NCBI GenBank assembly: GCA_001643675.2
Contig: LSRY02000005.1
Location: 1,922,001 to 1,986,000, forward strand
Length of the DNA stretch: 64,000 bases
From: Monocercomonoides exilis PA203
Taxonomy: Eukaryota; Protista; Preaxostyla
Reading direction: 5' to 3'
The first letter of the stretch is position 1. The number at the start of each line of letters is the position of its first letter. Under the pieces are notes generated by a model. That model saw only the letters and a list, made by a program, of their open reading frames with translations. It was not told the origin of the DNA and searched no databases. Both the position numbers and the translations under genes were made by a program. Positions 11,493 through 29,451 of the stretch are shown here, piece after piece.

Positions 11493-14400
11493 CTATGCGC
11501 CTTTTTCTTTCTGCTTCATCATCAGCTCCTCCAATCTCTTCATTTCTCTCTCTTCTCCTTTCCTCCTTCTGTACCCAAGCGACAGCAGCACATTCCTCAG
11601 CCCCAGCTGCGACATCTTCACCAGCGTTGCTTTGTCCTTCGCGTACAAACAGCCAGCAAAGCCCAGCGAATTCACAGGGATGACAGTGGCAGGGGAAGGG
11701 CTCACAGAAGGAGGAGGAGGGGAAACAGGGTGCATCAGAGGAGAGATGAGGAGAGAAGATGTGGAGGTGAAGGAGGAAGGGTAGATGCTCTCTTCACGCA
11801 GGATGGCTGACAGAACGGAGGGGGAGGACAAACTGCCTGGGGAAGAGGAGGAAGAAGAGGAATAAGAAGAAGAAGAAGAAGAGGAGGAAGAGGGAAACAT
11901 AGGAGAAACAGGATAAGGATGAATGGGCTGCGGTGCGGGTGTGATATTAACAGGAGCAATGGGGGTGGCTGGAGTGATTGGAGGAAGGGAAGAAGAAGAA
12001 GAAGAAGAAGAGGAAGAGGAAGAATGAGAAAGAGGGGCGGGAGCAATAAAGCGCAAAGATGAAGGCGAAGAGAAAGAGGGCTCTGAATTTGAAGAAGAAG
12101 TTGAAGGAGGAAGAGGAAGAGGAGGAGAAGATGATGAAGAAGAAGATGAAGAAGAAGAAACAGGAATAATATGTTGTGGATCAGAGAACTGCAATGCCTG
12201 GCTGTGCTGTGTGTTCAGCGAAGGCGGAAGGAGAAAAGAAGAATTTGAGAAGAGCGAAGAAGAAGTCTTCGAAGGAGGGAGAGGAGGAGGAGGAGCAAAG
12301 TTCTCAATATCAGCAGGCTGAATGGAATAATCGGTGGTTGAAGAGGAAACAGGGGAAGAAGAAGAGGAGGAGGAGGAGGAAGAAGAAGAAGGCAAAGAAG
12401 AAGAAGAGGAAGAAGATAGAGCGTTTGAAGCAGAAGACAAGACAGTGCAGTTCTGAGGGAGCGTTGGAGCAAGCACGTCGAATACAGGTGGGGTAGAAAG
12501 AGGAATACCGGCTGAATATGGGTTTGAAGAAGAGGAGAAAGAGGAGGAGGAAGAAGAAGGAACAGAAGAGGAAGAAGAGGAAGAAGAAGAAGGTGCAGGT
12601 TTTGTCAAGGGTGCATTGGAGGTGTGGATGATTGGAGTGAGCATAGAATGTGAGTAGAACACAATTGACGAGCGAGAGGGAGGGCGGACTACAACATCTG
12701 CATTGGATGAGAAGTGGCGGTCGTGTGGGGCAGATGAAGAGATGATGGAGGAGGAGGAAGAGGAAGAAGAAGACGATAACATCTTGCTTGTTTCATTATG
12801 TTTATTCGCTTGGTTCACTGCCACTTCCACTGGCTGATCCGATTTCGCATCAAAATTCTGGTTTTGCGATGAATTCACTTCATTCAGTGTTGTTTTGATT
12901 GGAGTGCAATTCAAAGGGAAAACACCTGTTCTGTTTGGAACATCGAGCAAAGGCGCATTCAATGAAGAGAAGACAGATTGTGCCCCGGACTCGCCAGAGA
13001 AGCTGCTGGTGAGGAGAGCTGGTGGAAGAGAAGGAGGAGAAGAGAAGGAAGGAGAGAAGGAAGGAGAAGATGTGGAAGAGGAGGAGGATGGAGATAAGGA
13101 AGAGGAAGAAGATAAAGAAGAAGAGAAGGAGGGATTGGATGATAAGGAGGAGGAGGAAGAAGAAGAAGAAGATGATGATGATAATGTTGATGGAAAAATA
13201 GACGATATGTTTGTTGAAGACAAAGCCGAAGTGACAGATGAGACAGTCGGATTCGTCTTCTCCTTTTCGTTCAGACTGCTTTCTGGCTCCCTTTTATTTG
13301 AGCACTTTTCTTCTTTTCCTTCCTTCCTCTCATCTCCTGCTGTGCTTATCTCCAAAGAAGAAGAAGAAGAAATTGAAGGCGAAGAAGAAGAGAGAAAAGA
13401 GAGATCGAAGGAAAAATCACTGTGCTGCCGTGGAACAACCAGTATGTAGTCAGAAGTGATGAGGAAGTTGTATGAAAAACGAGAGCGAAGGGGAATTGCC
13501 AGGGATTGTGAGGGAGAAAGCTTGGAGGGGTCGAAGTATGCCTTTGGATAGGATGTGAGGGGAGTGTGGGAGTCTGGATCGTTCTCTTCATCTTCGTCTT
13601 CATCTTCATCGTCCTCATCATCGTCATCATCTTCATTATCGTCATCATCATCTTCTTCATTATCACCATCATTGTTGATGTTATTTGCATTTCCTCCATT
13701 TCCACCACATTTTCCTTTGTTTTCTTCCTCCTTCTTATTCCAACTGCTTATTTCCTTCTTCCTCTTCTTGGACCGCTCCTGCAGTATTCCTTCTTCAATC
13801 ATCTCCTTCTCACACTCCATCACAAGATGCAGGTACATCGAATGAACTGCTGCACACACAGAAGGTGGAGGGTATGAAGGACAGCGAGACGGAACATCAG
13901 GATGGGATGATGTGTGCAAGGAGCCTGTGGAAGAAGAAGTGGAAAAAGTGGTGGAAGAAGAAGAAATAGAAGAAATAGAAGAAGAAGAAGAAGAAGAAGA
14001 AGAAGAGGTTGATGATGTTGATGAAGATGATGAGATGCGTGTTATGTGTTTGGATTCATCACTATTGCTATTGCTATTGCCATTGCCATTATCATTCTTA
14101 TCACTTGATTTCTTAGTCTCCAATGAATTCACTGCTGAATCCGAATCATCATTCCTTTCACTGTCAGAAGCAGCAGCAGCAGAAGAAGAAGCAGAAGCAG
14201 AAGATTGAGAGAGCAGCGATCCAAAAGGAGAGAATCTGTGGATGATGGGCGAGTAGATGGGGAGCATGTGGTTCTGTGTGAAGTGGAATTCGCGCTCTTC
14301 CAGCTTCGTCTTCACTGCCTGCTCCATCTTTTCGCATTCGATCTCTTCAGACTCATCACAGCGCGAAATATCGCCTTCATCGGAGCTAGCTGACTCCGCC

Positions 14401-15599
14401 TCTGACCCCACAATCTCATTCAAGTCTTCGTCGTTCACGTCGCTGAAGCCTTCATTCTCTGTGTCTTGTTCTTTATCTTCTCTTTCTCCTTCTCCTTCTC
14501 CTTCTTTTTCTCCTTTAGATTCACCTTCGGCTTCCACTTTGCATTCTCCGTTTTGCTTCTTCCTCTCTTCCTTCTCCTTCTGCTGGCGCCACTTTGCCAT
14601 CTTCCGCTTCTTCACCTTTTGGAGAATCTTTCGCCTTCGCTTCTTCTTTTCAGCATCGTTGAATTCGCTCTTCAGACTCTTCGATAAGAACAGCAAAGAC
14701 AATGGAATTTGTGGGAGTGTCACATGAGGCAGCTGCTGAATGTGCTTGTGGTGTTGACTTTTTTTTTTACAGAACATTTCAAATACAAAAAAAAATTGAA
14801 CAAAAATATAAAAAATAAAAAATTCAATGCTTTATAATTATTTCAAATAAATGAATTTGATAGAAACCTTGCTCCAGAAAGAGGTCCGCAATTAAACCAA
14901 ATAAGTCCGCCTAATTCCTTCAATAACACAAGAATAACCCGCATGTCCTCAAATGTCAAATGATTCTATACATCGCAGAAATGCACCGTTTTTTTAAAGA
15001 AGTTTGATTTCGAGAAAAATTGATAAAACCACACTTTTTGTGATTCATATTTGACTGTAGGAACGACAATATGATGGGGAGCAACCATATACTTATTCAA
15101 AACAACATAATGGGTATTAAAAAGCTTTTCAACGATTCTAAAGAAAATAGAATTGAAGATAAATTTGATATGATAGTATTTTCGCAAACAGATCTGTACT
15201 TGGAGGATTAAATGGATCGAAAAGAGTGCCGGGCTTTGCCCAAGCTCTCATTTTCTGTTTCTCATTTCTTATAGTTGTCTCTTTGTACTTTTTAGATTCA
15301 ATGGCACTTGTTATATCCGTGGGCATTCTTATATTGAACTAATAAAAAAACAAAATAAAAACAAATATATAATAACTTAAAAGCGAAATAGCATTGAAAG
15401 ACATATAACAAACATAAAATTCATCTTCTTCTGCATCTTCTGTAAAAGTGGATGTCAAAAACATCGAACCTTTTGCTGTTAAACAAGAATTTTTTTATTA
15501 ATATTCAACAAAATAAACATGAACGTTGACGGGAAACAAAAATTTAACAATACATTTTGCATTTTCCTCTTTGAGTGCAATTCGCTGTAAAAGCGACAT
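11493..15599 (-). CDS. APA2: Diadenosine tetraphosphate (Ap4A) phosphorylase / ATP adenylyltransferase (APA1/APA2 family) with very large low-complexity insertions
   Basis: Spliced exons: DPFNPP; HYVVLNKYMVAPHHIVVPTVKYESQ; LTFEDM...GGLIWFNCGPLSGAS|QHHKHIQQLP (HxHxQ catalytic motif); SYNFLITSDYILVVPR; VNSLGFAGCLYAK. At least 6 exons. Confidence 0.9.
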
Positions 15600-15995
15600 T
15601 TCTCGTAAGAAATGAAAATTATGAGGTTAAAATAATTTCATTACTTATTGATCTTGAAAGATCGATAAAAAGAGTATTTTTTGAACGTAAAGGATACTCT
15701 TCAATTTTAAATAAAATTGTCGTTGCTATATCTACAATTTTTGAAGCAGAAAATTCTTTCTTTTTGAGTTTGTCTTTTTTTTATTAACGTTGAAAAGTGG
15801 GATGTTTGAAGAAAATAAATTTGTGTTTTTCCAATAATACAGCCAAAAAGGGAAAAACGCTATTCTTAATCATTAAACATAAATTAATTGAGTTGGGCCT
15901 TTTCCAACTTTAATATTATCTCGTCAAAAGTTTTTTATTTTCACTTTTCTTTCAAATTTCAAACTTTTTCTCATTTCAAAAGATTTTACTTTTCA

Positions 15996-18333
15996 ATGGA
16001 AGAATCGAACCATATAAGTGCATATGATAAGAGTATGCATTCTTTGCCTGAATTTAAAGGATTTTAAGTTGAATAATAAACTATTATTTATTGATTTAGG
16101 ATATTTCCTTCCTTCAGCCGAAACACCAACATTTGTGAAGCAAGAAAATTCCGAAATGAGATCAAGTGAAATTTTTATTCAAGATGGAACAGAAGAAGAA
16201 AGAGCAATGAAAAAGCATATTGAAAAAAATGACGATGAAAGAAGTTTTGAATTATCTCAAGAAGAGTTAGAGGAGCGAGAAAAATCGTTTAAATCCTTAT
16301 TGTGCGAAATTGACACAATGCTTACGGTTCCAGGTGCAAGGGGTCGCAGGCAAACAGCTTTAAGTCGCACTGTGGAACTGTTTTCATTAAATACTTCAAA
16401 ATTGAATAATTCAACTAATACTTCAAAGAAAAACGAACAAAATGGAATAGGAGATAGCAAAGATATTGATTCACAATCAAATTTACTCAGATTATCTACG
16501 CCTCGTTCTCCCCTTACCAGAATTGTTTCTGTCGAATCCAGAATTAAGCAGCTAAGGCGCGATATGAAGATGGAAGAAAAAGAAAGCAAGCAAAAGCAAC
16601 GCAAAGACTTGATCCGCTCTCAAAAACTAGGAGAGCAAATGCCTTCGTCAGGACCTCTTGCAAAAGATACCAGCAGGACGTGGCTGAGTGATCCAGCGTC
16701 GGCGATGCTGTTCCAGAAAGGAGGGATGTGGCCAAAGGACTGGAGCGAAGGGAGCATCGAAGATGTGATGGAGAAGATGGCAGTCCGGGGAAAGAAAGAA
16801 GCAAAGAGGCATTTGTCACCGCTTGAGAAAATCGAGCTGATGTCAAGCAGATATGCACCAAGGGCGTCTTTGACTTTCTCGATGTTGGATTCAGAAAGAA
16901 GAGTGGAGAAAGATGACGAGAATAAATATTTGTTAGAAGATTACAATGATGAATACGAAAGGGATGATGACGAAAGAGAAGGAAAGGAAAAGAAGACGAG
17001 AAAAAGGAAAGAAAAAGTGAAAGGAAAAACTAGTTTCGAAGGTGCAACTTCACCAAATCAGGTTGATGATTCGTTCGATTTGGACTACTTTCAGTTGTCT
17101 CAATGCCACATTGACAAGCCAATTGAGAATGTTAACAATTCTTTTGATGAACAGTCAATTTACAGCGATGTTTCTTCGGCTTCTTCTCCTTCGTGCATTT
17201 CGTCTCCTTCTTCACCAGCAATTCGTTCCCGTCCTCGTCCTCATCCATCTTTTTCTCTGAATTCACCTGGATCTCCATTGCATTCACCGTCACCTTTGTC
17301 GATATCTTCACCTGCACTTTCTATTCCTCATGGGTTAATAGCACATCCACGCTATCCACAAAATTCGGAGACTGTTTTATCAGAGTCATCGTCTTCATCA
17401 GCATCATCATCATCATCTTCTTCTTCTTCATCTTCTTCTTCTCTTGACCACACTAAAGGAAAACTCAATGATCACAATCCCTCAGTTAATAGTTCAGACT
17501 TTCCCGTTCTCAAACCAACTCCTTCGAAAAGTTGTGACAAATCGTTTTCATTCACCTTTCAACCTTACTCAGATAACACTGCTCAAACAACTGATGATTT
17601 TGATGTGCCTTCAGACATTTCCCACTCTGCAATAACGCCATCTACCCAATTTAAGAATCCAATTTATTCTCAATCAATGCATTCTCAACAGACTTCACCT
17701 AAATCCTCTTCTATTTCTTCTTCAATATTCTCAGATATTGACAATTCATTGCAAGATGAGTCTATACAATTTCGTCATTCATTCAAAAAACTGAAAAAAG
17801 AGAAATCAAACAAATTGGCAAAGAGAAAAAAGAAAGCGCAACTCAAGTCGAAGAACAAGGAATTACCTCAAAATAACAGCGATGATTTGCACACTGAACG
17901 AAATTGGAGTTCGAAGAAGAAGACATTTAGTGCATCTTCAGATTTGACATCTTCTCAAGCATCAATAAAAGCTGCAAGCACAACGCGCTCAAGTGATTCA
18001 GTTGTTTCACACAAAACAAAAATGGATGCTCAACATTCAACGAAAAGTGATCGGACAAAGTTTTCTTCCACACAACCTCATTTCAGCAGCATGGCACATT
18101 CAAAATTATCATCAAACACAGTTGATTCCCCTCAAACAGATTCTTCTGCAAAGACCTCTTTGGCAGGCAGAGGACATATTATCAATCCGCAAAACTCGAT
18201 TCAAACAAATTCTTTCTATCATACAACAAATCCAATATCTCCTTTTCGCACAATACCTGCTCCAGCTCAACAAGTTCCATTTTTTATTTCGCCTTCTTCC
18301 ACCCAAATTCTTCTTCCATCAATAAGTGGTTAG
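15996..18333 (+). CDS. Hypothetical Ser/Pro-rich, largely disordered protein
   Basis: ATG 15996, phase-1 intron 16018-16100, then a 744-codon open exon. No domain recognised; the 3' end may be spliced further. Confidence 0.7.
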
Positions 18334-18801
18334 CTATTTCAAAATAATAATTTTTCTTTAAATTTGTCTTTGAAACCGATGTATTTTTTTTCGAAAATTT
18401 TAAGATTAATCCCATTTTCCCATAATATTTCATATTTTTTTATTTTTGAGAAAAATTTTCGGTTTTTTGTTTTAAAATGAGTCTTTTTGTTTATCATATT
18501 TTCGTGATGCCTTTTTTATCTCAAAAATAGAATGCCTTTTTTTAAATATGAGTAAAAAAACTTTAATCAAAGTGATTTCTGAAGATAATAGTATATTTTT
18601 ATTATTTTCAAAGCTCTCCAAGTGTTTAACATTATATGAAAGCAATGTTCCAATATACTTTTACAAAAGTTTTATTTGCGGAATTTTCTTTGTTATTTTT
18701 GCATTTAATAATTTGTGTGAACATTCGCAACTTTTGATGCATTCGCAGCAGATAATTCACAAAATTTTCATTTTCTGTTTCTTTTTCACGCCAAATCATT
18801 C

Positions 18802-19938
18802 ATGCAATTATTAAGCCTTCCAACAGTTGCAAGCAATGTGATCATTGTGATTATTGTTCAAGCAGTTTTTTCCATATTTGCTTTTTTATCAAAGCCTTGC
18901 ATCCCAATTTCATTTCATCAAGTATTCTTTCCAACCTCAATTGTATTTTCCACGGTGCTTGTCGTTATATCAACTCTCCATTTTCAATTTCGACAAATCT
19001 TACAACTTCTTTTTTTGGTATTCTGGGGTTGTTGTCTAACTAACCACTTGGTTTTGAGGAATAAGCAACGAAAAAACGATCTTCGATTTATAACACTCAA
19101 AACATCTGCGAAAGAACGTTTCACATATGATTTAATGTCATTTCTACTGGGAATCAGTTATTTGTTGCCAACGGTAATCCTATTCTCCCTTGAAAATGAG
19201 AAAAAGAACTCATTTTCTCCCTTTGATTTTTTTGGTTTGTTTTATTTTGCAAACGCATATTTCCTCTCTTATGATTTTCTTAAAACAGGCATTCTTTTTT
19301 GGCTAACAGGCCTGATTTTTGAGAACTTATCCAATTTTGAATTGTATTCGTTTCGTCTGTACAATAGCACAGAGGCAAAATTCTTGAAAACTGGATTCTG
19401 GTCTGTGTCTCGGCATCCAAATTATTTTGGCGAGCTTTTGATGATCTGGGGATCATTTTTCCTTTGCTGTCCTGCTGTTAATAATTGGTACTGGGTTTCT
19501 GTTCTGTGCCCTGTCATATCTTCTTCTATTTTGCTTTTTGGCAACGGAGTAAGATTTGTTGAGCAAGCAATGAATATTCGTTATAAAGATAACACGGAAT
19601 ACCAGGAATATTGCAATACTGTATCTATTTTTATTCCTCTGCCGAAGAAAAAGTTAATTTCTCCGCCTCAAGGAGCAACAGAACAAGCATATTTACCAAA
19701 TGAAAGTCCATCATTTCAGTCTCCGGCATTTCACCTTATTCCAATTCCTTCTCCACCATCTTCTTCAACTTCACACCTCACTTCATTGGATCAACCTTCT
19801 TCGCCTCAGTCTGAACAGAACAAAGATTCCAACGAATCTCCTTCACCATTCCAGTTTGAAGCACAGAAAAAGACACCATTCAAACCTCCTGTCTATCTTC
19901 TTGACGAAGCTGCAGGAATTTCCTCTCATAATCATTAG
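18802..19938 (+). CDS. DUF1295 / steroid 5-alpha-reductase-like multi-pass membrane protein
   Basis: FLKTGFWSVSRHPNYFGELLMIWG and YQEYCNTVSIFIP motifs; several TM segments. Probable small in-frame intron at ~19235-19288. Confidence 0.85.
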   Translation: MQLLSLPTVASNVIIVIIVQAVFSIFAFLSKPCIPISFHQVFFPTSIVFSTVLVVISTLHFQFRQILQLLFLVFWGCCLTNHLVLRNKQRKNDLRFITLKTSAKERFTYDLMSFLLGISYLLPTVILFSLENEKKNSFSPFDFFGLFYFANAYFLSYDFLKTGILFWLTGLIFENLSNFELYSFRLYNSTEAKFLKTGFWSVSRHPNYFGELLMIWGSFFLCCPAVNNWYWVSVLCPVISSSILLFGNGVRFVEQAMNIRYKDNTEYQEYCNTVSIFIPLPKKKLISPPQGATEQAYLPNESPSFQSPAFHLIPIPSPPSSSTSHLTSLDQPSSPQSEQNKDSNESPSPFQFEAQKKTPFKPPVYLLDEAAGISSHNH

Positions 19939-20246
19939 TATTCAATTGCACTGAGTGTTTTATTTACTGATTCCTTTAATTTTATTTTCGTCACAAATGA
20001 TTTATTATGGGTTCATGCAAAATGAGCATCCCTCCATATGATGGCTACAAACGGAGAAAACAAAAAGTTAAACGTGTTCAATTATTTAATTCTGTAGAGG
20101 ATGCCGAAGTACTGGAAGTAAAGCTTGATGTTTGAATGTGAATAGTCAAAAATTATCATTTTTGAATTTCTGTTATATTTTTGATAATGATATCATTTGA
20201 ATTTTCTTTTTATCTTCACAAAACAAAAAATTAATGTGAATGAAAA

Positions 20247-23686
<3,440 letters not shown>

Positions 23687-23703
23687 GCATTTCGATGATC
23701 AAA

Positions 23704-23734
<31 letters not shown>

Positions 23735-24547
23735 CATAGAAAATAATAGTAATGTTAATATTAATAGTTATTATTATAATTTGTAAATAGAACTTGTACA
23801 TTTCGTGTGTGTGTGTTAGTTCCATGGCTGTTGAAGAGTGCATCTCAAACATTTCGTTTGTGTATCATAATTCATTTTTTATTTTTTTTCTGTTTTGTAT
23901 TTATCATTTTTTTTGTTTCTCTTAAAGTGTTTTCTGTTTTTCTTCTTCTTATTTTCTGCCTAAAACTCTAACATGTTGTTATACTGATGGAAATAGTGGA
24001 GAGTTGCTATTTCTTTTGAATTATTCATCCATTGATATTCAGATAATGCAAATTTATTTGAAGAGCTTCATTCGAGTTTTGCTTTGTGGGAATGCATTTT
24101 TTTAAATATTTTGCTTGCTTTTTATTAAAAAATACTTCTTGAGTTGTTGAAATTATGATTGAACATGTGTGCTTGTGTTCATGGATTTGCATTTCTTTGA
24201 AATATTCTCTGAAAAATACTTTTTATTAATGTTTGAACGAAAATTTCATTTTGATGAACTTCATTAAATACAGTTGTGTGGAGATGAAAAATGCAGCACA
24301 TGATTAAATTGAGAAACGTTGAAACAAATGTTCAAATAAATCTTATCTCTTGGCAGATTTTCAAAATTCAGAAATAAACTTATGTAGTTTATATTTTTTC
24401 AGAAAATTTTCAAATCGATTTTCTTTAATATCAGGAGTCATTGACAAGTTCTGGTGGCTAAGTGCTATATTTGATAAGAAATATTTTAAAAAACATTTTT
24501 CAAGAAAAACTCTCTAAAAGAAATGACACCCTTAAAAAAATTCAGAA

Positions 24548-27500
24548 ATGAGTCTCTTCAAAAAAAGTTCATCAAAGAAAAATACAAGAAAAAGATCCGA
24601 TGATAAAGAAAACGAGAATAAAGAAGAAGAAAAAGAACTTTCATTTTTAACAGAAACAAAAAGAAAAAATGTTTTTGGAAGGAAAATGGCTTGTATTATT
24701 TGTTTCATGATGATATATTGTTAATTTTCATTAAATTGTATAATATTTCACATCCATTAGGTAGGAAATGCGGTTCAAACAGCAAAGGAAGAAAAAAGGT
24801 CAAAAGCTGAAGAATATATAGTGTGATATCAAAAAAGTATTTTATTATTTAATCATACTTTTTATAAATGATTCGACTCATAAAGCCGTTGAAAGATATT
24901 TCCAGCAAACAAGAAAAAGAAGGTGAAGAATTTTTAGGGTTTGTAAGTTTTTAAAGCTTTGCATTTTAAATTATTTTGTTAAGAAAACCTTTTCAAACGG
25001 AATTTTCAGAACTTGACGAAACTGATGCGCAGAAAATTGCTGAAATTATTATAAATGATGATGCAGAAGAAGAAAGTGATGAAGCAGATGATGAATGGGA
25101 ATACGAACAATTGAAAAATGCTGGAGTGAGGAATGCTGCTTCACTTATTCTTCAAAAAAAGCAGTTAGTCGAGCCTCCACTTATCCAACAAAAGTCACAG
25201 AATTTCACTAGTCAAGAGCATGAAGAAGCAACTCCTGCCATCACGTCCATTCAAATGCTAGACACTTTGAACAATGCTGTATCAATGTCAAAAGAAACTG
25301 TCGTTAATGAAAAATCCATGCTCGAAAGAAAAGAAAATGAGCTTAGTGTTTGTTTTTTATTTTTTATTGTTCTTTTTGAAAATTTTCTAATTTTTTTAAA
25401 ACCTCTTTGAATATTCTTTGAATAAATGTTTGATTTAGTCATTGCGAGAAGAAAACCGCAATCACAAAGCAAATTTAAGTGGCCTTCAAGAAAAGCTCAC
25501 GTTTTTGACTGAGACACAAAGTTACATTGATGCGCTTGTGGACTTTTTAGACGAGAAGGTTCCGATGATTGAGGAGTGTGAGGAAATGTGGTTTGACATT
25601 GAGCGGAAGAACGGAAGGGTGATTGACCAGTGGATGAGTGAGGAATCAGCGATGCTGTGGAAGGACACTAAGAAAAGACTGGAAGAAGAAAGAAGGATGG
25701 AAAAGGAGCCTCTTTCTCTCTCATCTTTGAAGCAGAATAATAGCGACTTCAGTAAGCCTGATGCGTTTCGCAAGGATTCTCAAGTGAAAGAATCAAAACA
25801 TTCAACCTTTTTGCAATCAGCTGCATTGAAATTTGTTCCTACTTCTCTTTTAACTTCAGACAGAACAAAGCCAACACAGCAAAAGAGCAGCCCTGAGTCA
25901 AACACTCCAGTAACTTCAAGTTCTAGTTTGTCAGAAGCTTCATCGTCATTTTCTCCTATTTCTTCAAAATCAAATGAAGAACTTGCAAATGGTGTTCCGT
26001 CTCAATTAAATAACTCTTCTTCAACGGCTTTTTCAAACGCATTTTCGTCTTCTTTATTCTCAAATAAACAAAAGCCAATTGTCATTGATGAAGAAGGAGA
26101 GAATACGAACAACAGAAAAGATGGAAATGAAGTAGAAGAAGATGGCGACGATGATGTTATGATTGATGAATATCCTTCAGGGCTTGGATTTAGCAGTCGC
26201 AACAGCCAGAAAAAGCCAACTGACAAGAAAATTGAAGCGAAGAGAATGGCTTTCACTCAATCTTTTGTCAAAGGAAGCACAATGTTTGCTCCGCCTCTTG
26301 AGCTTTCTTCGTCTGATTCGCATTCTTCTTCACTTCAGTCGGCTTCTCCTTCATCATCTTCCTCTTCTTCTTCTTCTTCAAATACTCAATTATCTTCTTC
26401 TTCTGCCTCTTCATTTTCATTCCAGACTCCAAGTAACATCTCCACTGATTTATCGGCTTTTGTTGATGAGATTCGAACAAAGAGAAAGGAGCAGTTGTTG
26501 TCACCTGAAAAATCAGTTATTCCACATTTAAGCAAAATCATAGAAAAAATAACTTCCTCTTCTTCCTCTTCCTCTCAGTCATTGTCTTCGTGTAATCCTT
26601 CTTTTCTTCAACACATTCCTGTTTATCTTGCAGCTACACCTCGATTTTCCACTAACACAGAAGAACAAGCATTTTCTTCTTTGGCAAGCACATTGAAATT
26701 GAAAGATAACACTTCACTCCAATCAAATTCACAGTCTTTCATCCGGCCTTCTTTCACTCTGAGTGAAGCAATGTCGTTCCAAGAGGCATATGAACTGCTG
26801 GAGAGGCTCAGAAAGAGGGCGGGTGAAGTTGAGAGAGACTTGTTTGAAAGTGCTGGGAAAGAAGAAGAAGAAGAAGAAGAAGAAGAAGAAGAGAATGCAG
26901 AGAAAGAGAAGCAGAGGAGAAGAGATAGAAATGATGTTGATGAAGGCAAAGAAAGAAATGACAGAATGGATATGGAGAGGAATGATGATGATGATGATTC
27001 AATGACGAATAAATTGGAGAAAGCAGAAGATGTGTGGAGCGAACAGCTGTTACTTTCCAAGCAAGAGGAGAAAAAAGATTCAAGAACAGATATATTCGAT
27101 TCTGATAAGCAAAGCAGGAACAAATATGGAAACGTTAAGTTTGATAAAGCTGACAACAGAAAAGAAGATAAAATTTCTGATGAAGATGACGAAGCGTTGT
27201 CATTTTTGAATGGCAAATCCACTTCATTTGAATCATCATCGACACCTTCACCAATGAGCAGTAAGCATTTACATTCTTCTCCATCTTTCCTTCTCCTTTC
27301 CACAACAGCCACCATTTCGTCAGCACTTCACTATCACTCCCTCCTTCGGCAGTCGCTTTCTGCTCTCTCGTCTTTCCTTTCCAGTCACATCTTCCGCGAT
27401 GCCAAAGAAGAGTTTTCCTCATTGTCTTCTCTTTCTCTGCGCTTTGCCCATTTCCTCTGCAAATACCCAGACGAATACATTTCATTGAATGTTGTCGACG

Positions 27501-29263
27501 AGCTATCTGTGTTGATGGCGCCGTTTGTGAGGAAGGAGCTGTGTGAGAAGCGGTGGAATGTGCTTTCTCAGCCACGATTTGGGATGGAGTTGGAGTGGAT
27601 GGCGCAGCTGGCTGAGGGAGAAGAAGGAGATGTGGTGAGAAAGTTTGAGGAGAAGAAGAAGGAGAAAGGAGAAAGGAGAAAGGAGAAGAGGAAGGAAAGC
27701 AGAAAGGCGATTGAAATAGGAGCTGAAGATGAGGATGAGGATGGAGATAGCAGTGATGTGCAAGAATTGTCCTCTGATGAGATGAAGAACGGAAAAAAGA
27801 AATCAAAGAATCACGATCAGAAAAAGCGTGAAAGAGATTTAGATGTGAATGAAATATCTTCTGAAGAAGAAGAAGAGGATGAGAATGAGAAGGAGGAAGA
27901 AAGCGGAGATGATGCAAAAGATAACAAAGCAAGTGGTTCATTGCCAAATTCACTTCTTTCTATTTCTCCGTCGTCTTTAATTTCTCTTTATCAGAACCAC
28001 ATTCTTCTTCCTGTTGCTGCCGAGATGCTGAAATCATACTTTAATCCGCTTGTTCCTCTTCATCGAGAGAACTATGTTCTGTTTTGTGAAGAAGTCTGCG
28101 TGTTTTTTGGATGGGAGTTGAATGAAGTTGATCAAAAGAATGAAAAGACAGGAAAAATATCCAGAGAATCTGAAACAAGTGGAAGTGAAAACAAAATGAT
28201 TGATGATTCTGATGTAGAAACAATAAAGCCTGAAGATTCAATAGAAACAAAAGGAGAAGGAGAAAGAATTGAAGACAAGATTGGAATAAGTGAAAATGGT
28301 TGGCTTGGAGAAGTGATTCCGTGGGATATTATAGCTGAGAGTGAAGAGATGGGTGCAGTCAGAGATGCAATTGAAGAGAGGCTAATCAAAATGACAGAGC
28401 AACTTGTGAAGAATGTGGAGTTGGTGTGTGATGGATTCATAGGAGGAGAAATGAAAAAGGATGTCGAGAGAAGAATGAAGAAAGAGAAAGATGATGATGC
28501 AAAAGGGGAAATGATGTGTTGGGAGTTACATCTGTTAGACTTACTACTTCAGAGCGAGAAAGGCAATGAGCAGAATTTGCTTCAAAAGAAAGATGATAAA
28601 AAATGTGAGTGCGAAATGTGCAGGCTTTTGGATGAGAAGAGAGACGAGTTGGCAGATTGGATGAGAAAAGATGAAGATGAGATGAAAAGAGATTTGGATA
28701 GAGGCATTAATGAAAGTGCTAAAGAGAAAGATGCAATGGAAATTGATGATTTCTCGGCAAAATGCAAAGATTTGTTATTGAAAAGAGCAAAGAAGCGATT
28801 TTTGGTTCTGAAAGAAGTATTAACACAACAATTGAGTGAGCTATGGACATTTTTAGAGGTTTGCCTTTATTATTCTCTTTTTCTTAGAAAATGCCTTTTT
28901 TTAAAATCTTTCAATACTTTGTTGACAATTTTATAATTTGCTTATTAGTATGCTGAATGTGTTGCTCCAATGTTGAAAACACATATTTTCTCGTCTATGC
29001 TCGTTTCTGTGATTAGAGATTCCATTTCTCAGAGAATTCTTCCATTTATAGCAATTTTAGAAAAGAAAGTTCCTGCTATTTCATTACATATCAAAGTCAT
29101 CAGGGAAGTGGTATGCCTTTGTTTTATAAAGCTAGAAATTTTTGAATTTCTGTTAATTTTTTTAATTTATTTATTTTGATGCATCATATTTGTATTTCAA
29201 TTTTTTCTTTAGTTGAATTCTGAAGAGTTGGATTTGTTTCATTCAAGATTAGAAGAAAGATGA
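24548..29263 (+). CDS. GCFC2: GCFC-domain spliceosome disassembly factor (GCFC2/PAXBP1 family)
   Basis: DDEWEYEQLKNAGV; FLTETQSYIDALVDFLDEKVPMIEECEE; IFRDAKEEFSSLSSLSLRFAHFLCKYPDEY...MAPFVRKEL..WN match the GCFC family pattern. Multi-exon with low-complexity insertions. Confidence 0.82.
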
Positions 29264-29451
29264 ACAAATTGGAATGATTTCATATTTCTGCGATATTTCA
29301 ATATCATTTTTACCATTTCCCATCACTTCACCTATAATGAATTTGTTTTTATTTATATTTAATAAAAATTTAAATGATAACTGTGATAATGAACAATGAT
29401 CAAAATTACCGCATTTTCTCATATTTTTATTTATTTTTTGATTTACTCTTA

